From assembly GCA_028817035.1 (NCBI GenBank), contig JAPPQH010000010.1:11546-75545 (forward strand): DNA of 64,000 nucleotides, read 5' to 3'. This DNA comes from Candidatus Campbellbacteria bacterium. Lineage in GTDB: Bacteria; Patescibacteriota; Minisyncoccia; Phycocordibacterales; JABAAK01. This document shows, piece after piece, positions 47,889 to 59,300 of this stretch. The stretch's first letter is position 1; each line of letters opens with the position of its first letter. The notes beneath the pieces were generated by a model. It was not told the DNA's origin, did no database searches, and saw only the letters and a program-made list of their open reading frames with translations. The position numbers and the translations under genes were made by a program.

Positions 47889-48740
47889 TCAACCTGTGCG
47901 TTCCATTATGCTAAGAACACTACCCTGTGTGCGAAAGTCAAGGGCAGAGAGAATATCTCTACCTAAAAATACAAGCTTTTCACAACATTCTTCGTTTGGG
48001 TCTTCACCCCAGTATTCAGGTTTTTCTTTACCAACAAAATCTTGGATAAACCCAAGAATGCAGTCGGCATCTATTTTCTGTAAGCAATCACGAGCGCTCA
48101 AAGAATGGCGTTCATCCACTCCGTGATTAACGATTCCCATGGATCGTATAAACAACTTAAGAAGATGAGGATTTTCGCTCATATCGCCAAGGTAGTTCGC
48201 TACACCATAGGGTGGTCTAACGGGAAGCCTGCCCAAACCCACGGTCCCCTTGAGATCATAACCTCCCTCGTTGCCGATGAAATAACAACCTCCACATCCA
48301 CCATGTAACAAAGAAACGTAGAAATCATGACCACTAAATTTCCCACCACCACTAAGATAGTTCCCATCTCCAAGATAGGGGTTGATGATGAGAAAATCTG
48401 GTCTGACAGTTTTTACAAGATCTTTTGTTTCTTTCTTGCCATTGCGGTAGAACAACAATATATTGTCGTCTTCGCGTTCGGGTATAGGACTGCCATCACA
48501 AGACACAACATAGAAATCTTTGTAGATGTTGTATGCATCCCATTTCTCCTTGCCCTTTCTCAGGAGTTCTCTCGTTTTCCTCCAAAAATCTTGTGTTTGC
48601 GGTAACTCACTGAGATGACAGAGAAACGCAATCCTTACTGTTCTCTCAATCCTCCCATTGACTTTTGCTTCTGTGCTCATTTCTTTTCCTCCTCTTTCCT
48701 TTACTTCCACAAAGTGAAACCTGTTTTCGGGATGCGACAA
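47889..48740 (-). CDS. hypothetical protein, triplicated family copy C (divergent, Gly/Cys-rich insert)
   Basis: 283 aa; conserved blocks VRIAFLCHLSE, PDFLIINPYLGDGNY...GHDFYVSLLHGGCGGCYFIGNEGG align with copies A/B. Confidence 0.55.
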   Translation of the reverse strand: MSHPENRFHFVEVKERGGKEMSTEAKVNGRIERTVRIAFLCHLSELPQTQDFWRKTRELLRKGKEKWDAYNIYKDFYVVSCDGSPIPEREDDNILLFYRNGKKETKDLVKTVRPDFLIINPYLGDGNYLSGGGKFSGHDFYVSLLHGGCGGCYFIGNEGGYDLKGTVGLGRLPVRPPYGVANYLGDMSENPHLLKLFIRSMGIVNHGVDERHSLSARDCLQKIDADCILGFIQDFVGKEKPEYWGEDPNEECCEKLVFLGRDILSALDFRTQGSVLSIMERTG

Positions 48741-48819
48741 GCATCCCTTTCAAAGAACACGCGAGGACTTTCGTCCCCACATTGCTTTTATTATATCTCA
48801 CTAACCAAAGTTTTGTCAA
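48741..48819 (-). promoter_or_regulatory. promoter (TTGACA rc 48814-48819, TATAAT rc 48790-48795) plus conserved leader of copy C, immediately downstream of rpsP
   Basis: Leader identical to copies A/B although coding sequence is strongly diverged. Confidence 0.6.
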
Positions 48820-48853
48820 ACCCGCGCTCTGCGACCTATTACTTCCCCCTTCT

Positions 48854-49444
48854 TTATTGTTCTTTCTTTTCTTCGGTTGGCGCTTCACCCTCTGTTTTCT
48901 GTTCTGCTGTTGCTTCCTTATTTTCCACCACCTCTTCTTTTTGTTCTGGCTTCTGCTCTGTCGTCTCCTCTGGCTTCTGCTCTGTCGCCTCCTCTACCTT
49001 TTGTTCTGCCTGTGGTTGTTCGGTTGGTGCTTTTTCCTCGCCAACTTTTTCCTCTCCACTTTTTTGTTCAGCTGACACTTCACCCTCTGCTTTTTGAGTG
49101 GCTACTTCTTCTGTCTTATTTTCATTGGCAACACCAGCCTCTTGTTTTTCTTCGTTAACTTCTTTCTTTATAGGTGTTTTCTTTGGTAGGACATTTTTCT
49201 TTTTTCCTTTGAGCATACCGTCTGCTACCAATATATTAAAAACTGTCTCAGACACTTCTGCACCGTTGTTCATCCAATGTTGTATTCTCTCCTTTTCTAT
49301 TGATTTGGTTTTTCTTATGCTGTCGTAAGTTCCCAACTTTTCTATATACTTTCCACTTTTAGGACCAACGCTGGAGTCCACAACAATAATACGATATGAA
49401 GGATTGTTTTTTCTTCCTGTTCTTTGTAATCTTATTTTAAGCAT
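48854..49444 (-). CDS. rpsP: 30S ribosomal protein S16 with long Lys/Glu-rich C-terminal extension
   Basis: 196 aa; MLKIRLQRTGRKNNPSYRIIVVDS N-terminal S16 domain (~80 aa) then low-complexity KE-rich tail. Confidence 0.85.
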   Translation of the reverse strand: MLKIRLQRTGRKNNPSYRIIVVDSSVGPKSGKYIEKLGTYDSIRKTKSIEKERIQHWMNNGAEVSETVFNILVADGMLKGKKKNVLPKKTPIKKEVNEEKQEAGVANENKTEEVATQKAEGEVSAEQKSGEEKVGEEKAPTEQPQAEQKVEEATEQKPEETTEQKPEQKEEVVENKEATAEQKTEGEAPTEEKKEQ

Positions 49445-49487
49445 TATAGTGTTTAATAGTAGGTGTCATTGAATAATTTGTCAATGT

Positions 49488-50870
49488 TTAGTAATAATTC
49501 TTTAGATTCTTTGTCTTTTTGTGTGATTGAATCTTGTTTATCGCTTTTGCCTCAATCTGCCTTATTCTCTCACGGGTTACACTGAATTTCTTACCCACTT
49601 CTTCAAGAGTTCTCGCGTGTCCGTCCTTTAGTCCGTGCCTCATTTCAATAACTTCTCTTTCTTTTTCAGTGAGGTCTCCAAGAATTTCCTGTATTTGTGT
49701 TGACAGGATACTTTTTGATGCCTGTGTGTCTGGTGATTCTGTGGTTGTGTCAGCAGTAAATTCACCCAATGACGATCTTTCTGGGTCACTTGAATCACCG
49801 ATTTGCTTATCAAGTGATGCGGTGTCTTGCCTTATTCTCTGTATCATCCACACTTTCTCAACAGGAATATCCATCTCAACTGCGACTTCTTCTGCATGTG
49901 GTTCGCGACCAAATTCTTGTGTGAGACGATTACAAACCTTGCGATACTGGTGAATTGTGTCCACCATGTGAACTGGTATGCGGATAATTCTTGATTGGTC
50001 TGCAAGAGCTCTGCTTATTGATTGTCTTATCCACCAAGTCGCGTATGTAGAGAATTTGTAGTCCATTCTATAATCAAATTTTTCAGCCGCTTTGAAAAGT
50101 CCAAATGTTCCTTCCTGAATCAAATCAAGCAGGGTTAAATTAGGGTTTTTGTTTACATATCTCCTTGCATGTGAAACAACCAAGCGCAAGTTTGCTTGTA
50201 TCAATATTTTTTTAGCATCTTCGTCCCCATTTTGTATTCTTTTACTCAATTCTTTTTCTTCTTGGGCTGTTAAAAGCTTATGCCTTCCTATCTCTTTCAG
50301 ATACATCTGAACAAGGTCGCTTGAAGAGGTCTTTACATTTCCTCTTGTCGGAGTGTTTGTTATTCCAGGTAGTGTTATTTTGGACAAATCATCAAAATTG
50401 CTTATTGATTCTGCGACTTTTATATTCCTTATATCCATCTCGTCATAAAGTTTCTCAAGTAGTTGTATCTTCTTTTCTATCAAAGGGAATTGTTTCAATA
50501 TCTCATCGTATGTTATAAAGCCCCTTTGCTGACCGACTTTAACCAATGTATTAATTCTGGATTGCGCGATTTTTGAAAGAGTAAATGGCTTTTTCCTTCC
50601 GACCTTTTTCACTTTCACTTTTTTCTTCGCAACTTTTTTTGGCGCCCTTTTTACAACCTTCTTTGCTTTTTTCTTCGTGACTTTTTTCACCTTTTTTCTT
50701 CCAACCTTTCTTCCGACTTTTCTTGCTTTTCTTGGAACTTTTTTTACAACCCTCCTCTTCTTTGTCTTTTTGGTTGTTGATTTTCTCTTTTTAGACACTC
50801 TTTTAGACAGAGAAGTTTTTCTTCTTGTTGTCTTTTTTGATTTTTTTGTGGTTTTTGTCTTTTTGGGCAT
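49488..50870 (-). CDS. rpoD: RNA polymerase sigma factor RpoD (sigma-70) with Lys-rich N-terminal extension
   Basis: 460 aa; region 2 (DLIQEGTFGLFKAAEKFDYRMDYKFSTYATWWIRQSISRA), region 4 HTH; ~100-aa KKx-rich N-terminus. Confidence 0.9.
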   Translation of the reverse strand: MPKKTKTTKKSKKTTRRKTSLSKRVSKKRKSTTKKTKKRRVVKKVPRKARKVGRKVGRKKVKKVTKKKAKKVVKRAPKKVAKKKVKVKKVGRKKPFTLSKIAQSRINTLVKVGQQRGFITYDEILKQFPLIEKKIQLLEKLYDEMDIRNIKVAESISNFDDLSKITLPGITNTPTRGNVKTSSSDLVQMYLKEIGRHKLLTAQEEKELSKRIQNGDEDAKKILIQANLRLVVSHARRYVNKNPNLTLLDLIQEGTFGLFKAAEKFDYRMDYKFSTYATWWIRQSISRALADQSRIIRIPVHMVDTIHQYRKVCNRLTQEFGREPHAEEVAVEMDIPVEKVWMIQRIRQDTASLDKQIGDSSDPERSSLGEFTADTTTESPDTQASKSILSTQIQEILGDLTEKEREVIEMRHGLKDGHARTLEEVGKKFSVTRERIRQIEAKAINKIQSHKKTKNLKNYY

Positions 50871-50873
50871 ATA

Positions 50874-52568
50874 TTAATCTGTATGTTTTTCAAGTGACTT
50901 CAACTTATTTAATATATCATACAACTCTCTCTCAAACTTCTCCTTGTTTTCTGAGTCCGCTTCGTCAATTGCTTTTGCTATATTATTTTGGCGCTCCTTT
51001 AGCAAAACTCGGAAAAGTCTTTCTGTTATCTCTTCAAGGGCTATGAGCATGTTTGATACCCTGTGCGTTTCATCTGGGTACTCCTGCTCAAAACGAAGGG
51101 CAGCAACTTCAGGATCAACTGGATTTTTCTCGTCCATATATTCCTCCGTGATTTCTTCAATGAGATTTTTAAGCGAGTCCTTACACTCTATGCTATTTGT
51201 TTTTATATAACTCAAATATGCAAAAAATTCATTTGATAATTTCTCTTTCGGCAATTTGTCAGTTTGAGGGTTGGGTGTCTTTTGAGTATAGATTACTTTA
51301 TTTTCCTTTGTTTTTTCATATTGCCTTCTTACATCATCAATAGGCACATCAAACTCTTTTGATACTTTGTTAAGCAATGTCGCCTGCAACAAATCATCAG
51401 AAGAAGCGTTTATAAGAGAAAATACAAGTTCGTTTGTTTTCTTTATCTGTTTTACCACATCACCTTCTTTTTTCACCTGTGCGATAAAAAAGTCAAACAC
51501 ATCGGCAGACTCTCTTATGACTTTCTTCCAATTTGATGAATCTTCGTTTATTATGTCTGCGGGATCTTTATTCTCGGGCATACCCACAACCTTTACAGTC
51601 ATTGAGTTTTTTACTGCTTTTAATGCAGCCCTATGAAGTGCTTTTAACCCAGCTTCATCTGCATCAAACGCAAAGAGTATATTGTCTGAAAACCTTTTAA
51701 TAACCATTATGTGTTCATCCGTCATCGCTGTTCCGCAGACCGCTAATGCGTTTGCATAATCTGCTTGGGCAGAAAAAACAACATCCAAATGACCTTCAAC
51801 AATAATTGAGAATTTATATTTTCTTATATTCTGTTTCGCCTCGTAAATTCCATATAGAGCCCGCGATTTCTTGTATAAAATTGTTTCAGGTCCGTTTATA
51901 TACTTTCCAGCGTTTTTATTCTCCTTTATCAACCTTCCAGAAAACGAGATTACATTTCCCTCTGTGTCTTTTATAGGAAACATTACCCTGTCTCTAAAAT
52001 GTGAATATATATCTTTGTTGTCTGCCTGTTTTGCAAGACCTGCCTTTATGACTTCTTCTTTTGTGAAACCTTTTAACACCAAGTGCTGAATTAGTGAGTT
52101 GTTACTGGGCGCATAACCTATCTCAAAAAAATTAATTGATTTTTGTGATACTCCGCGAGTTTCTAAATATTTTTTTGATTGGTCGGTGTGATTGTTTGAA
52201 AAAAACTTGTTTGCTTCTTTTAGCACATCCCTCAAACGATTGATTTCATTTTTGTTTGTGGAAGTTTTGTAAGAATACTCATTAGGATCTATGCCAGACC
52301 TTTCTGCGAGTAATTTAACGGCATCCTTGAAATCTAATCCCTCTACCTCTTGGATAAAAGTGAATATATCACCACCTCTATTTGTAGAGAAACAATAAAA
52401 TAAATTTTTATCAGGTGAAACAATAAATGAAGGTGTTTTCTCATTGGAAAAAGGTGACTTGCCTTTCATATTTTTACCCGCACGGACTAACTTTACATAC
52501 TGAGAAGCGACATCCTGCATTGAGAGGCGTGATTTTATTTCATCAACGATTGAATTTTGATGCTTCAT
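50874..52568 (-). CDS. dnaG: DNA primase DnaG
   Basis: 564 aa; N-terminal zinc-binding region (SPFSNEKTPSFIVSPDKNLFYCFSTNRGGD), TOPRIM (EGHLDV...DADEAG). Confidence 0.85.
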   Translation of the reverse strand: MKHQNSIVDEIKSRLSMQDVASQYVKLVRAGKNMKGKSPFSNEKTPSFIVSPDKNLFYCFSTNRGGDIFTFIQEVEGLDFKDAVKLLAERSGIDPNEYSYKTSTNKNEINRLRDVLKEANKFFSNNHTDQSKKYLETRGVSQKSINFFEIGYAPSNNSLIQHLVLKGFTKEEVIKAGLAKQADNKDIYSHFRDRVMFPIKDTEGNVISFSGRLIKENKNAGKYINGPETILYKKSRALYGIYEAKQNIRKYKFSIIVEGHLDVVFSAQADYANALAVCGTAMTDEHIMVIKRFSDNILFAFDADEAGLKALHRAALKAVKNSMTVKVVGMPENKDPADIINEDSSNWKKVIRESADVFDFFIAQVKKEGDVVKQIKKTNELVFSLINASSDDLLQATLLNKVSKEFDVPIDDVRRQYEKTKENKVIYTQKTPNPQTDKLPKEKLSNEFFAYLSYIKTNSIECKDSLKNLIEEITEEYMDEKNPVDPEVAALRFEQEYPDETHRVSNMLIALEEITERLFRVLLKERQNNIAKAIDEADSENKEKFERELYDILNKLKSLEKHTD

Positions 52569-52569
52569 A

Positions 52570-55500
52570 TTATTGTTGAGAATCTACTTCTTCAACATCA
52601 AGCTCTTTTTCCTGTCTACGCCTTTCCTCTTCTTCATCAAGTCGCTTCTGAAGGTCGGCAATCATTGAGTGTTTTTTACTTCCCTTATACCCTGTTCCTG
52701 CTGGGAGAAGTCGACCTGTTATAACATTCTCCTTAAGCCCTTCAAGGTGATCTGTGGTTCCGTTAAGAGCCGCCCGTATCAGAACATAAGTTGTGTTTTG
52801 GAAAGATGCAGCCGATAGGAAGCCTGGTCTGAATATAGACATTTTAGTTATTCCAAGCAAAATAGGCTCTATTTTCACCAAATTCCTTCCTTCTTTTTTG
52901 AACGCCTCATTAATTCTGTCGCACTCTTCATGCTCAATCAAATCACCGGCAACATATAGCGTATCTCCAGGTTCTTTGACAGAACAGGAAGAGAACATCT
53001 GTTTCAAAATCAGTTCAAAGTGCTTTGTTGCCAGAGATCTTCCCTGCAATTCATAAATCTTTGTTATCTCATCAAACATGTATTTTTGTGTTGCCTCCTT
53101 GCCGACATATTTGTATAGGTCTGATAGGTTGATGGAACCATCTGTCATAATTTTTCCTTTTTTCACTTCATCTCCTTTGTTTACAAAAACATGTCTATAC
53201 TTATTCACACTATACTCTGTTTCTTTCTTTGATGCCTTTGTGTCATTTTTAGGAGAGATTATTATTATCTTTTCATTTCCTTCAACTCTTATGTCACTTA
53301 TGATGCCGTCAATCATTGCGATAACTGCTGGTGATTTTGGGGTTCTATTTTCAAAAATCTCAACCACACGAGGCAAACCTGTTGTTATGTCACCAGATGC
53401 CGAGTATGCACCAGCAAAGTGAACGGTGTTCATGGTAAGCTGTGTTCCTGGCTCACCTATTGCTTGTGCGGCTATTGTTCCCACTGCTTCTCCCAAATCA
53501 ACTTCTTTGTTGGTTGATGGGTCATCACCATAACACTTTTTGCAAACCCCTCTTTTGTTTTTACAGCTAATAGGAGAACGAGCGGTGATATGTTCAACCC
53601 CAGAATTATCAATCTTGATTGATAATTCTTGATCTATGTATTCACCCTTTTTAGCAATGACCTTCTTTGAAGAATCTACGACATCTTTTGCGAGATATCT
53701 TCCTTTTATCTTTTTGTAGAAAGGAAACTCAATACCAGAGGCACTTGTACGATACAGATTGAAACCACCTGTTGTTCTACAATTGTCGGAGTTTATTATC
53801 ACATCCTGAGCCACATCAAACAATCTCCTTCCAAAATAACCTGACTCTGAAGTTTTTAGAGCCGAGTCCGAAAGTCCTTTTCTTCCGCCATAACCATCAA
53901 TGAAATACTCAACAGGGTTAAGACCTTTTTTGTAAGAACTTATGATTGGTGTCTCAATAGGCATTCCTTTTGCGCTGGCAATTATTCCTTTTATTCCGAT
54001 TATATATGTCAAATCCACAGCAGAACCTCTTGCTCCTGAGGCTATTATATCTTTTGTTGATCCGTCTTCATCCAAACCTTGCATGACAAAATCATTTTTC
54101 AATTTTGAAAATATTCCATGCCATACTTCAATACGCAACCTTCTCTGCTCTACACTAGACAAAAGACCATCTCTATATTGGTCTATTATCTCAGAAGATT
54201 TTTTGAGACCTTCATCAATAAGTGCATCAAGTTCTTTTGGCTCGGGTGTATCACTCAGAGACCAAGAAGCACCCGAAACCGTTGAGTACTTGAAACCAAA
54301 TCTTTTTATTTTATCAAGCGATTCAAGGACATCCTCTAATGGATATCTCTCTATTATATCGCTTATTATTTTTGATATATATTTTTTCGTTATCAGCTCA
54401 TTTATAAAAGGAAAGTCATCTGGTAACACAGTGTTGAACAACAACCGACCTACTGTTGTTTCAAAAGGTTTGTTATTAAATTTCTCATACTTTTTCTTTT
54501 CAGTTCCCAAAACTTTTATCTTTGCCCTTATATCAACGGCACCATATTCATATGCTGATATGGCTTCATTTGGATATGTAAACAGTTTTCCTTCACCTTC
54601 TGCGCCATCAATCATCTTTGTCATCCAATAACAGCCAAGTGCCATGTCCTGTTGGTTTGGTGATGCGATTATTTCTCCGTCACCAGGGTTAAGCACATTT
54701 TGACTTGCCGCCATGATATTTTTTGCCTCAAACTGTGACTCTTCCATAAGAGGAACATGAACTGCCATCTGGTCACCGTCAAAGTCAGCGTTGAATGCCT
54801 TACACACAAGCGGGTGTAGTTGTATCGCCTTTGTCTCTATCAAAAGTGGTTTGAAGGCTTGTAGACCCTGTCTGTGAAGTGTCGGAGCCCTGTTTAGTAA
54901 GACATATTTCTCTTTCACGACTTCTTCAAGCGCCTTCCAAACTTCTGCACCGCGATCATCAATCAATCTTCCAGCGGCTCTTATGTTGTAAGCAAGGTCT
55001 CTCTTGAATAGTTTCTCCATTACAAACGGCTTGAACAATTCCAAAGCCATTTCTTTTGGAATACCACATTCGTTCAATTTCAGCTCTGGACCTGCAACAA
55101 TAACAGAACGCCCAGAGTAGTCCACTCTTTTTCCGAGAAGATTGGAACGGAAACATCCTCTTTTACCACCCAAATGTTCGGCAAGTGATTTTAATTCCCT
55201 TTTTTGGAACTGTCTCATGCCACCTGAATTTGTCCTTGAACGGATGGAGTTATCAAGCAAAGCATCTACCGCTTCCTGCAACAATCTTTTTTCATTTCTC
55301 AATATTACTTCTGGCGCACCAAGTGAAATAAGTCGCTTCAATCTTATATTTCTATTTATGATACGGCGATACAAATCATTTATATCAGATGTGGCATAGC
55401 GACCACCGTCAAGGGCAACCATCGGTCTTAAACCAGCAGGTATTATCGGCAAATGTAGGAAAAACATCCACTCTGGACGCGTTTTTGATTTTATGAAAGA

Positions 55501-56325
55501 ACGAACCAAGCTCAATCGTCTGCGCATTTTCTCCCCTTCAATCTTGGATGCCGACTGAATCTTTTTGACAAGATTTTTTTCAAGAGAACGAAGATCTATT
55601 GACTTCAACGCCTCATATACGATTTCACCACCAATCCCTGCTTTGAACATAGAAGAGTATCTGAGAACATAGCGATAATATCTGTCCTCCCTTATCACAG
55701 CGCCCTTTTGTATTGACTGTATTTCTTTTTGTCTTATTTGATATGTCTCTTTAACCTTCTTCGCTTTTTTGTCATCTCCTTTTACCTCTTTCGCTTCTTT
55801 GGTATATTCTTTTCTCAGATTTTCAAGCAATACCTTTCTTTCATCTTCGTTCGTGTCTGTTATCATATATCCACCGAAGTAAACAACACTTTGCACTTCT
55901 GTAGCAGTAACGCCAAGCATCAAAGCTATGCGGGAAGGGACTGATTTCAAATACCATATATGAGCGACAGGTGCTGCGAGTTCAATATGACCCATCCTGT
56001 TTCTTCTCACCCCTGAGTGTGTAACTTCAACACCACACTTGTCACACACAATTCCTTTGTAACGAATATCGCGATACTTTCCACAAGAACATTCATAGTT
56101 ACGCTCTGTTCCAAACACACGCTCATCAAACAAGCCATCTTTTTCTGCTCTTTGTGTTCTGTAGTTTATAGTTTCTGCCTTTTTTATTTCTCCTCTTGAC
56201 CAATTCAATATTTCTTCTGGCGATGAAATACTTAAAGTTATGGATTCAAAATCGCTTCTTGAGTTAATCTTTTTTTCTTTTTTTATATTTTTGTTTTCCA
56301 TATTATTCTTCTTCTTCTTCATCAT
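52570..56325 (-). CDS. rpoC: DNA-directed RNA polymerase subunit beta'
   Basis: 1251 aa; NADFDGDQMAVHVP catalytic motif, zinc-binding CxxC N-terminus. Confidence 0.95.
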   Translation of the reverse strand: MMKKKKNNMENKNIKKEKKINSRSDFESITLSISSPEEILNWSRGEIKKAETINYRTQRAEKDGLFDERVFGTERNYECSCGKYRDIRYKGIVCDKCGVEVTHSGVRRNRMGHIELAAPVAHIWYLKSVPSRIALMLGVTATEVQSVVYFGGYMITDTNEDERKVLLENLRKEYTKEAKEVKGDDKKAKKVKETYQIRQKEIQSIQKGAVIREDRYYRYVLRYSSMFKAGIGGEIVYEALKSIDLRSLEKNLVKKIQSASKIEGEKMRRRLSLVRSFIKSKTRPEWMFFLHLPIIPAGLRPMVALDGGRYATSDINDLYRRIINRNIRLKRLISLGAPEVILRNEKRLLQEAVDALLDNSIRSRTNSGGMRQFQKRELKSLAEHLGGKRGCFRSNLLGKRVDYSGRSVIVAGPELKLNECGIPKEMALELFKPFVMEKLFKRDLAYNIRAAGRLIDDRGAEVWKALEEVVKEKYVLLNRAPTLHRQGLQAFKPLLIETKAIQLHPLVCKAFNADFDGDQMAVHVPLMEESQFEAKNIMAASQNVLNPGDGEIIASPNQQDMALGCYWMTKMIDGAEGEGKLFTYPNEAISAYEYGAVDIRAKIKVLGTEKKKYEKFNNKPFETTVGRLLFNTVLPDDFPFINELITKKYISKIISDIIERYPLEDVLESLDKIKRFGFKYSTVSGASWSLSDTPEPKELDALIDEGLKKSSEIIDQYRDGLLSSVEQRRLRIEVWHGIFSKLKNDFVMQGLDEDGSTKDIIASGARGSAVDLTYIIGIKGIIASAKGMPIETPIISSYKKGLNPVEYFIDGYGGRKGLSDSALKTSESGYFGRRLFDVAQDVIINSDNCRTTGGFNLYRTSASGIEFPFYKKIKGRYLAKDVVDSSKKVIAKKGEYIDQELSIKIDNSGVEHITARSPISCKNKRGVCKKCYGDDPSTNKEVDLGEAVGTIAAQAIGEPGTQLTMNTVHFAGAYSASGDITTGLPRVVEIFENRTPKSPAVIAMIDGIISDIRVEGNEKIIIISPKNDTKASKKETEYSVNKYRHVFVNKGDEVKKGKIMTDGSINLSDLYKYVGKEATQKYMFDEITKIYELQGRSLATKHFELILKQMFSSCSVKEPGDTLYVAGDLIEHEECDRINEAFKKEGRNLVKIEPILLGITKMSIFRPGFLSAASFQNTTYVLIRAALNGTTDHLEGLKENVITGRLLPAGTGYKGSKKHSMIADLQKRLDEEEERRRQEKELDVEEVDSQQ

Positions 56326-59300
56326 TGTTTTCTCTATTAAAAGTCATATTCAGACCAAGACCGCGGAGATAATGAATAAGCACATTAAAAGACTCAGGCA
56401 GATTAATCTGCTTTATGCGATCCCCATCTATCATTGCCTTAAACGCTGCAGAACGACCATACATATCGTCTGATTTTATAGTCATCATTTCGCGCAGATT
56501 GTAAGCCGCACCATAACCAAGAAACGCCCATACTTCCATTTCACCCAATCTCTGACCTCCTTCGCGAGTTCTACCCTGTAGCGGTTGCTGATGAACGATA
56601 GCATAGTTTCCAAAAGATCTCATATGCAACTTGTCTTCAACCATGTGGCTAATTTTCATAAGATACATATTTCCTACTGTTACTTTTCTTGCAAGTTTTT
56701 CACCTGTTCTTCCGTCATAAAGTGTCTCTTTTCCTGTTTTATCAAACCCTGCTTTTACAAGTTCCTCTCTTACCTCTTCTTCTGTTGCTCCGCTGAATGA
56801 CGGAACCACAGCTTGATAACCGAGGGCTTGTGCGGCAAGTCCAAGGTGTGCTTCAAATACCTGACCGACATTCGCTCTTGAAGCAATTCCAAGAGGGCTC
56901 AAAACTATATCAACCGGCTCACCATCTTCTGTGTGTGGCATATCTTCAGCGGGAAGTATTCTTGCGACCACACCTTTATTTCCGTGCCGTCCTGTGAGCT
57001 TGTCACCCACAGTTATATTTCTCATCTGCGCTATAGTAACTCTTATTTCTTCAAGAACACCTGGGTCTAATTGATCACCATTTTCTTTATTAAAGACCTT
57101 AACATTTATCACGCGACCTTGATGACCTGGGCTTAGTTTTTCAGAAGAGTCTTTTATGTCGCGTGCCCTTTCACCAAAGATGGAACGAAGCAACCTTTCT
57201 TCTGGAGTCAATTGTGTTTCACCCTTAGGGGTTACCTTACCTACTAAAATATCTCCAGGTTTTACTTCTGCACCTATGCGGACAATACCCCTCTCATCAA
57301 GGTTTCTAAGTTTTGCTTCTGATACATTTGGTATATCAAAAGTTGTCATTTCTGGTCCCAACTTTGTGTCTCTTACGCTGACCTTAAAATCTTTTGCGTG
57401 TAGTGAAACAAACTTTCCCTGCTCCACAATTTTGCTTGAAATCAAAATCGCATCTTCATAAGTCATGCCGTGCCAACACACAAACGCAACTCTAAGATTT
57501 TGACCGAGAGCAAGTTGACCTTGATCGGTTGATGCTGCGTCTGCCAATATCTGACCCTGCTTGACTTTTTGTTTGAGAGAAACGATGGATCTTTGATGAT
57601 GTATGGAAGGGCTGTTGGTTCTGCCAAATTTAATCAAGTGGTAATGATAGTTTTTACCACTCACCCCTTTCATTTTTATCTCCTCTGCATCAACATATGT
57701 TATTTCGCCATCCTCTTCCGCGACAATCATACGCCTTGAGCTTTTTGCGACATCACCCTCAATTCCCGTTGAAACATAAGGGGCTTCTGGTGAAACATAT
57801 ATCGTTGCCTGTTTTTGTGTGTTCGCACCGAGAAGCGCTCTGTGTGCGGCATCATGCTCAATAAAAGGAATAAGCGCTGCTGCTACAGACAAAGTTTGAT
57901 TGCTTGAGACATCTATGTATTCTATTTTTTTAGGAGAACTAAATCTTGGCTTGCTGTCTTTTCTGATTATCACTTGTTTATCTAAAATTTTTCCGTCCTT
58001 ATCACACGACACAACCCTATGAGCAATCCTATATTTTTCTTCTTCCTCTGCATTTAGGCTGACTACTTTTTTTGTTATAACACCATCCTCAACTTTGGCA
58101 TAAGTTGTTTCAATGATTCCATATCTGTTGACATCTGCATACAGTGCCAACTGAAGATTCAAACCAATGTTTGGACCTTCTGGCGTATGAACAGGACAAA
58201 TACGACCGTAGTGTGATGGGTGCAAGTCGCGAACAGCGATGCCGGCATGCTCGCGCGTCAAACCACCAGGACCAAGTGCAGAAATTGTTCTTCTATGCTC
58301 AATCTCTGCAACTATGTTTTCCTGTTTCATAACATGAGAAAGTTGGTCTGTAAGGAAAAATTCATTAACAGAAGAACGAAAAGGCTGCGGGTTTAGAAAA
58401 TGTGGAGTTGTAAAAGAAGTATCTATCGTTGTCATACGATCTTGCGTGTTTTTGGCCAATCGTGCTATTCCCCTCCTTATCCTTAACTGAAAAAGTTCAC
58501 CTACATATCTAACCCTTCTTGAAGAAAGATTGTCTATATCATCTGGCTGTGCTTTTGGATCATTGTTGAGACGGACAATCTCCCCAAGTATAGTCATCAC
58601 ATCTTCAATAGAAATAGTTCTTCTTTCTATAGAACCTTTTGTCATTTTTATACCAAATCTTTTGTTAAATCTGATTCTTCCGAGCTCAGAGATATCGTAT
58701 TGCTCTTTGGAAAACATATCATTTATCTTTGCTTTTGCATTTTCTGGCGTCAATTGGTCTCCTGACCGTATTTTCTTGTAGAATTCAACACAGGCATCAT
58801 CTACTGTCTCTATGCTGTCTTTAAGTATCGTCTTTTTTAGCATATCGCGAACATCTTTGTTAGATGTTGCTTTTAATATCTGGTCGTCTGTTTTTAACCC
58901 AAAAGCACGCAAAAAAGTACTCACATACACCTTTCCAGTCCTATCCACGCGGACAGAACATGTTCCATTTATGTCCGTCTCAAACTCAAGCCACGGACCT
59001 TTTGATGGGGTAATTCTCGCAGAGAAACACCGCACATTTTTCACATCTTTTGCATTAAAGAAAACACCAAATGACCGTGTCAATTGTGACATTATAATTC
59101 TCTCAACACCGTTTATTATAAATGTTCCCCTGTCTGTCATAATTGGCACTTTGCCAAACAGAATTTCTTGTTTCTTTTCCGTTTTCTGAATTTTGTTTTT
59201 GAACTTTACCATTACTTTTAGCGGCGCATCATAAGTAAGCATGTTTTCTTTTGCATGCTGTTCGCTATATTTTGGAGAATCAAAACTATAAGAGACAAAA

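Noticed and set aside
46385-49097. Plus-strand ORFs sharing MFFIFFSNKFLVFFHKLL... (46385..46864, 47394..47966, 48615..49097)
   Set aside because: Reverse-strand readings across the conserved leader/promoter modules; the repeats reflect the triplicated leader.
52793-59189. Numerous plus-strand ORFs inside rpoC and rpoB (for example 53942..54631, 58812..59189)
   Set aside because: Antisense to universally conserved RNA polymerase genes.
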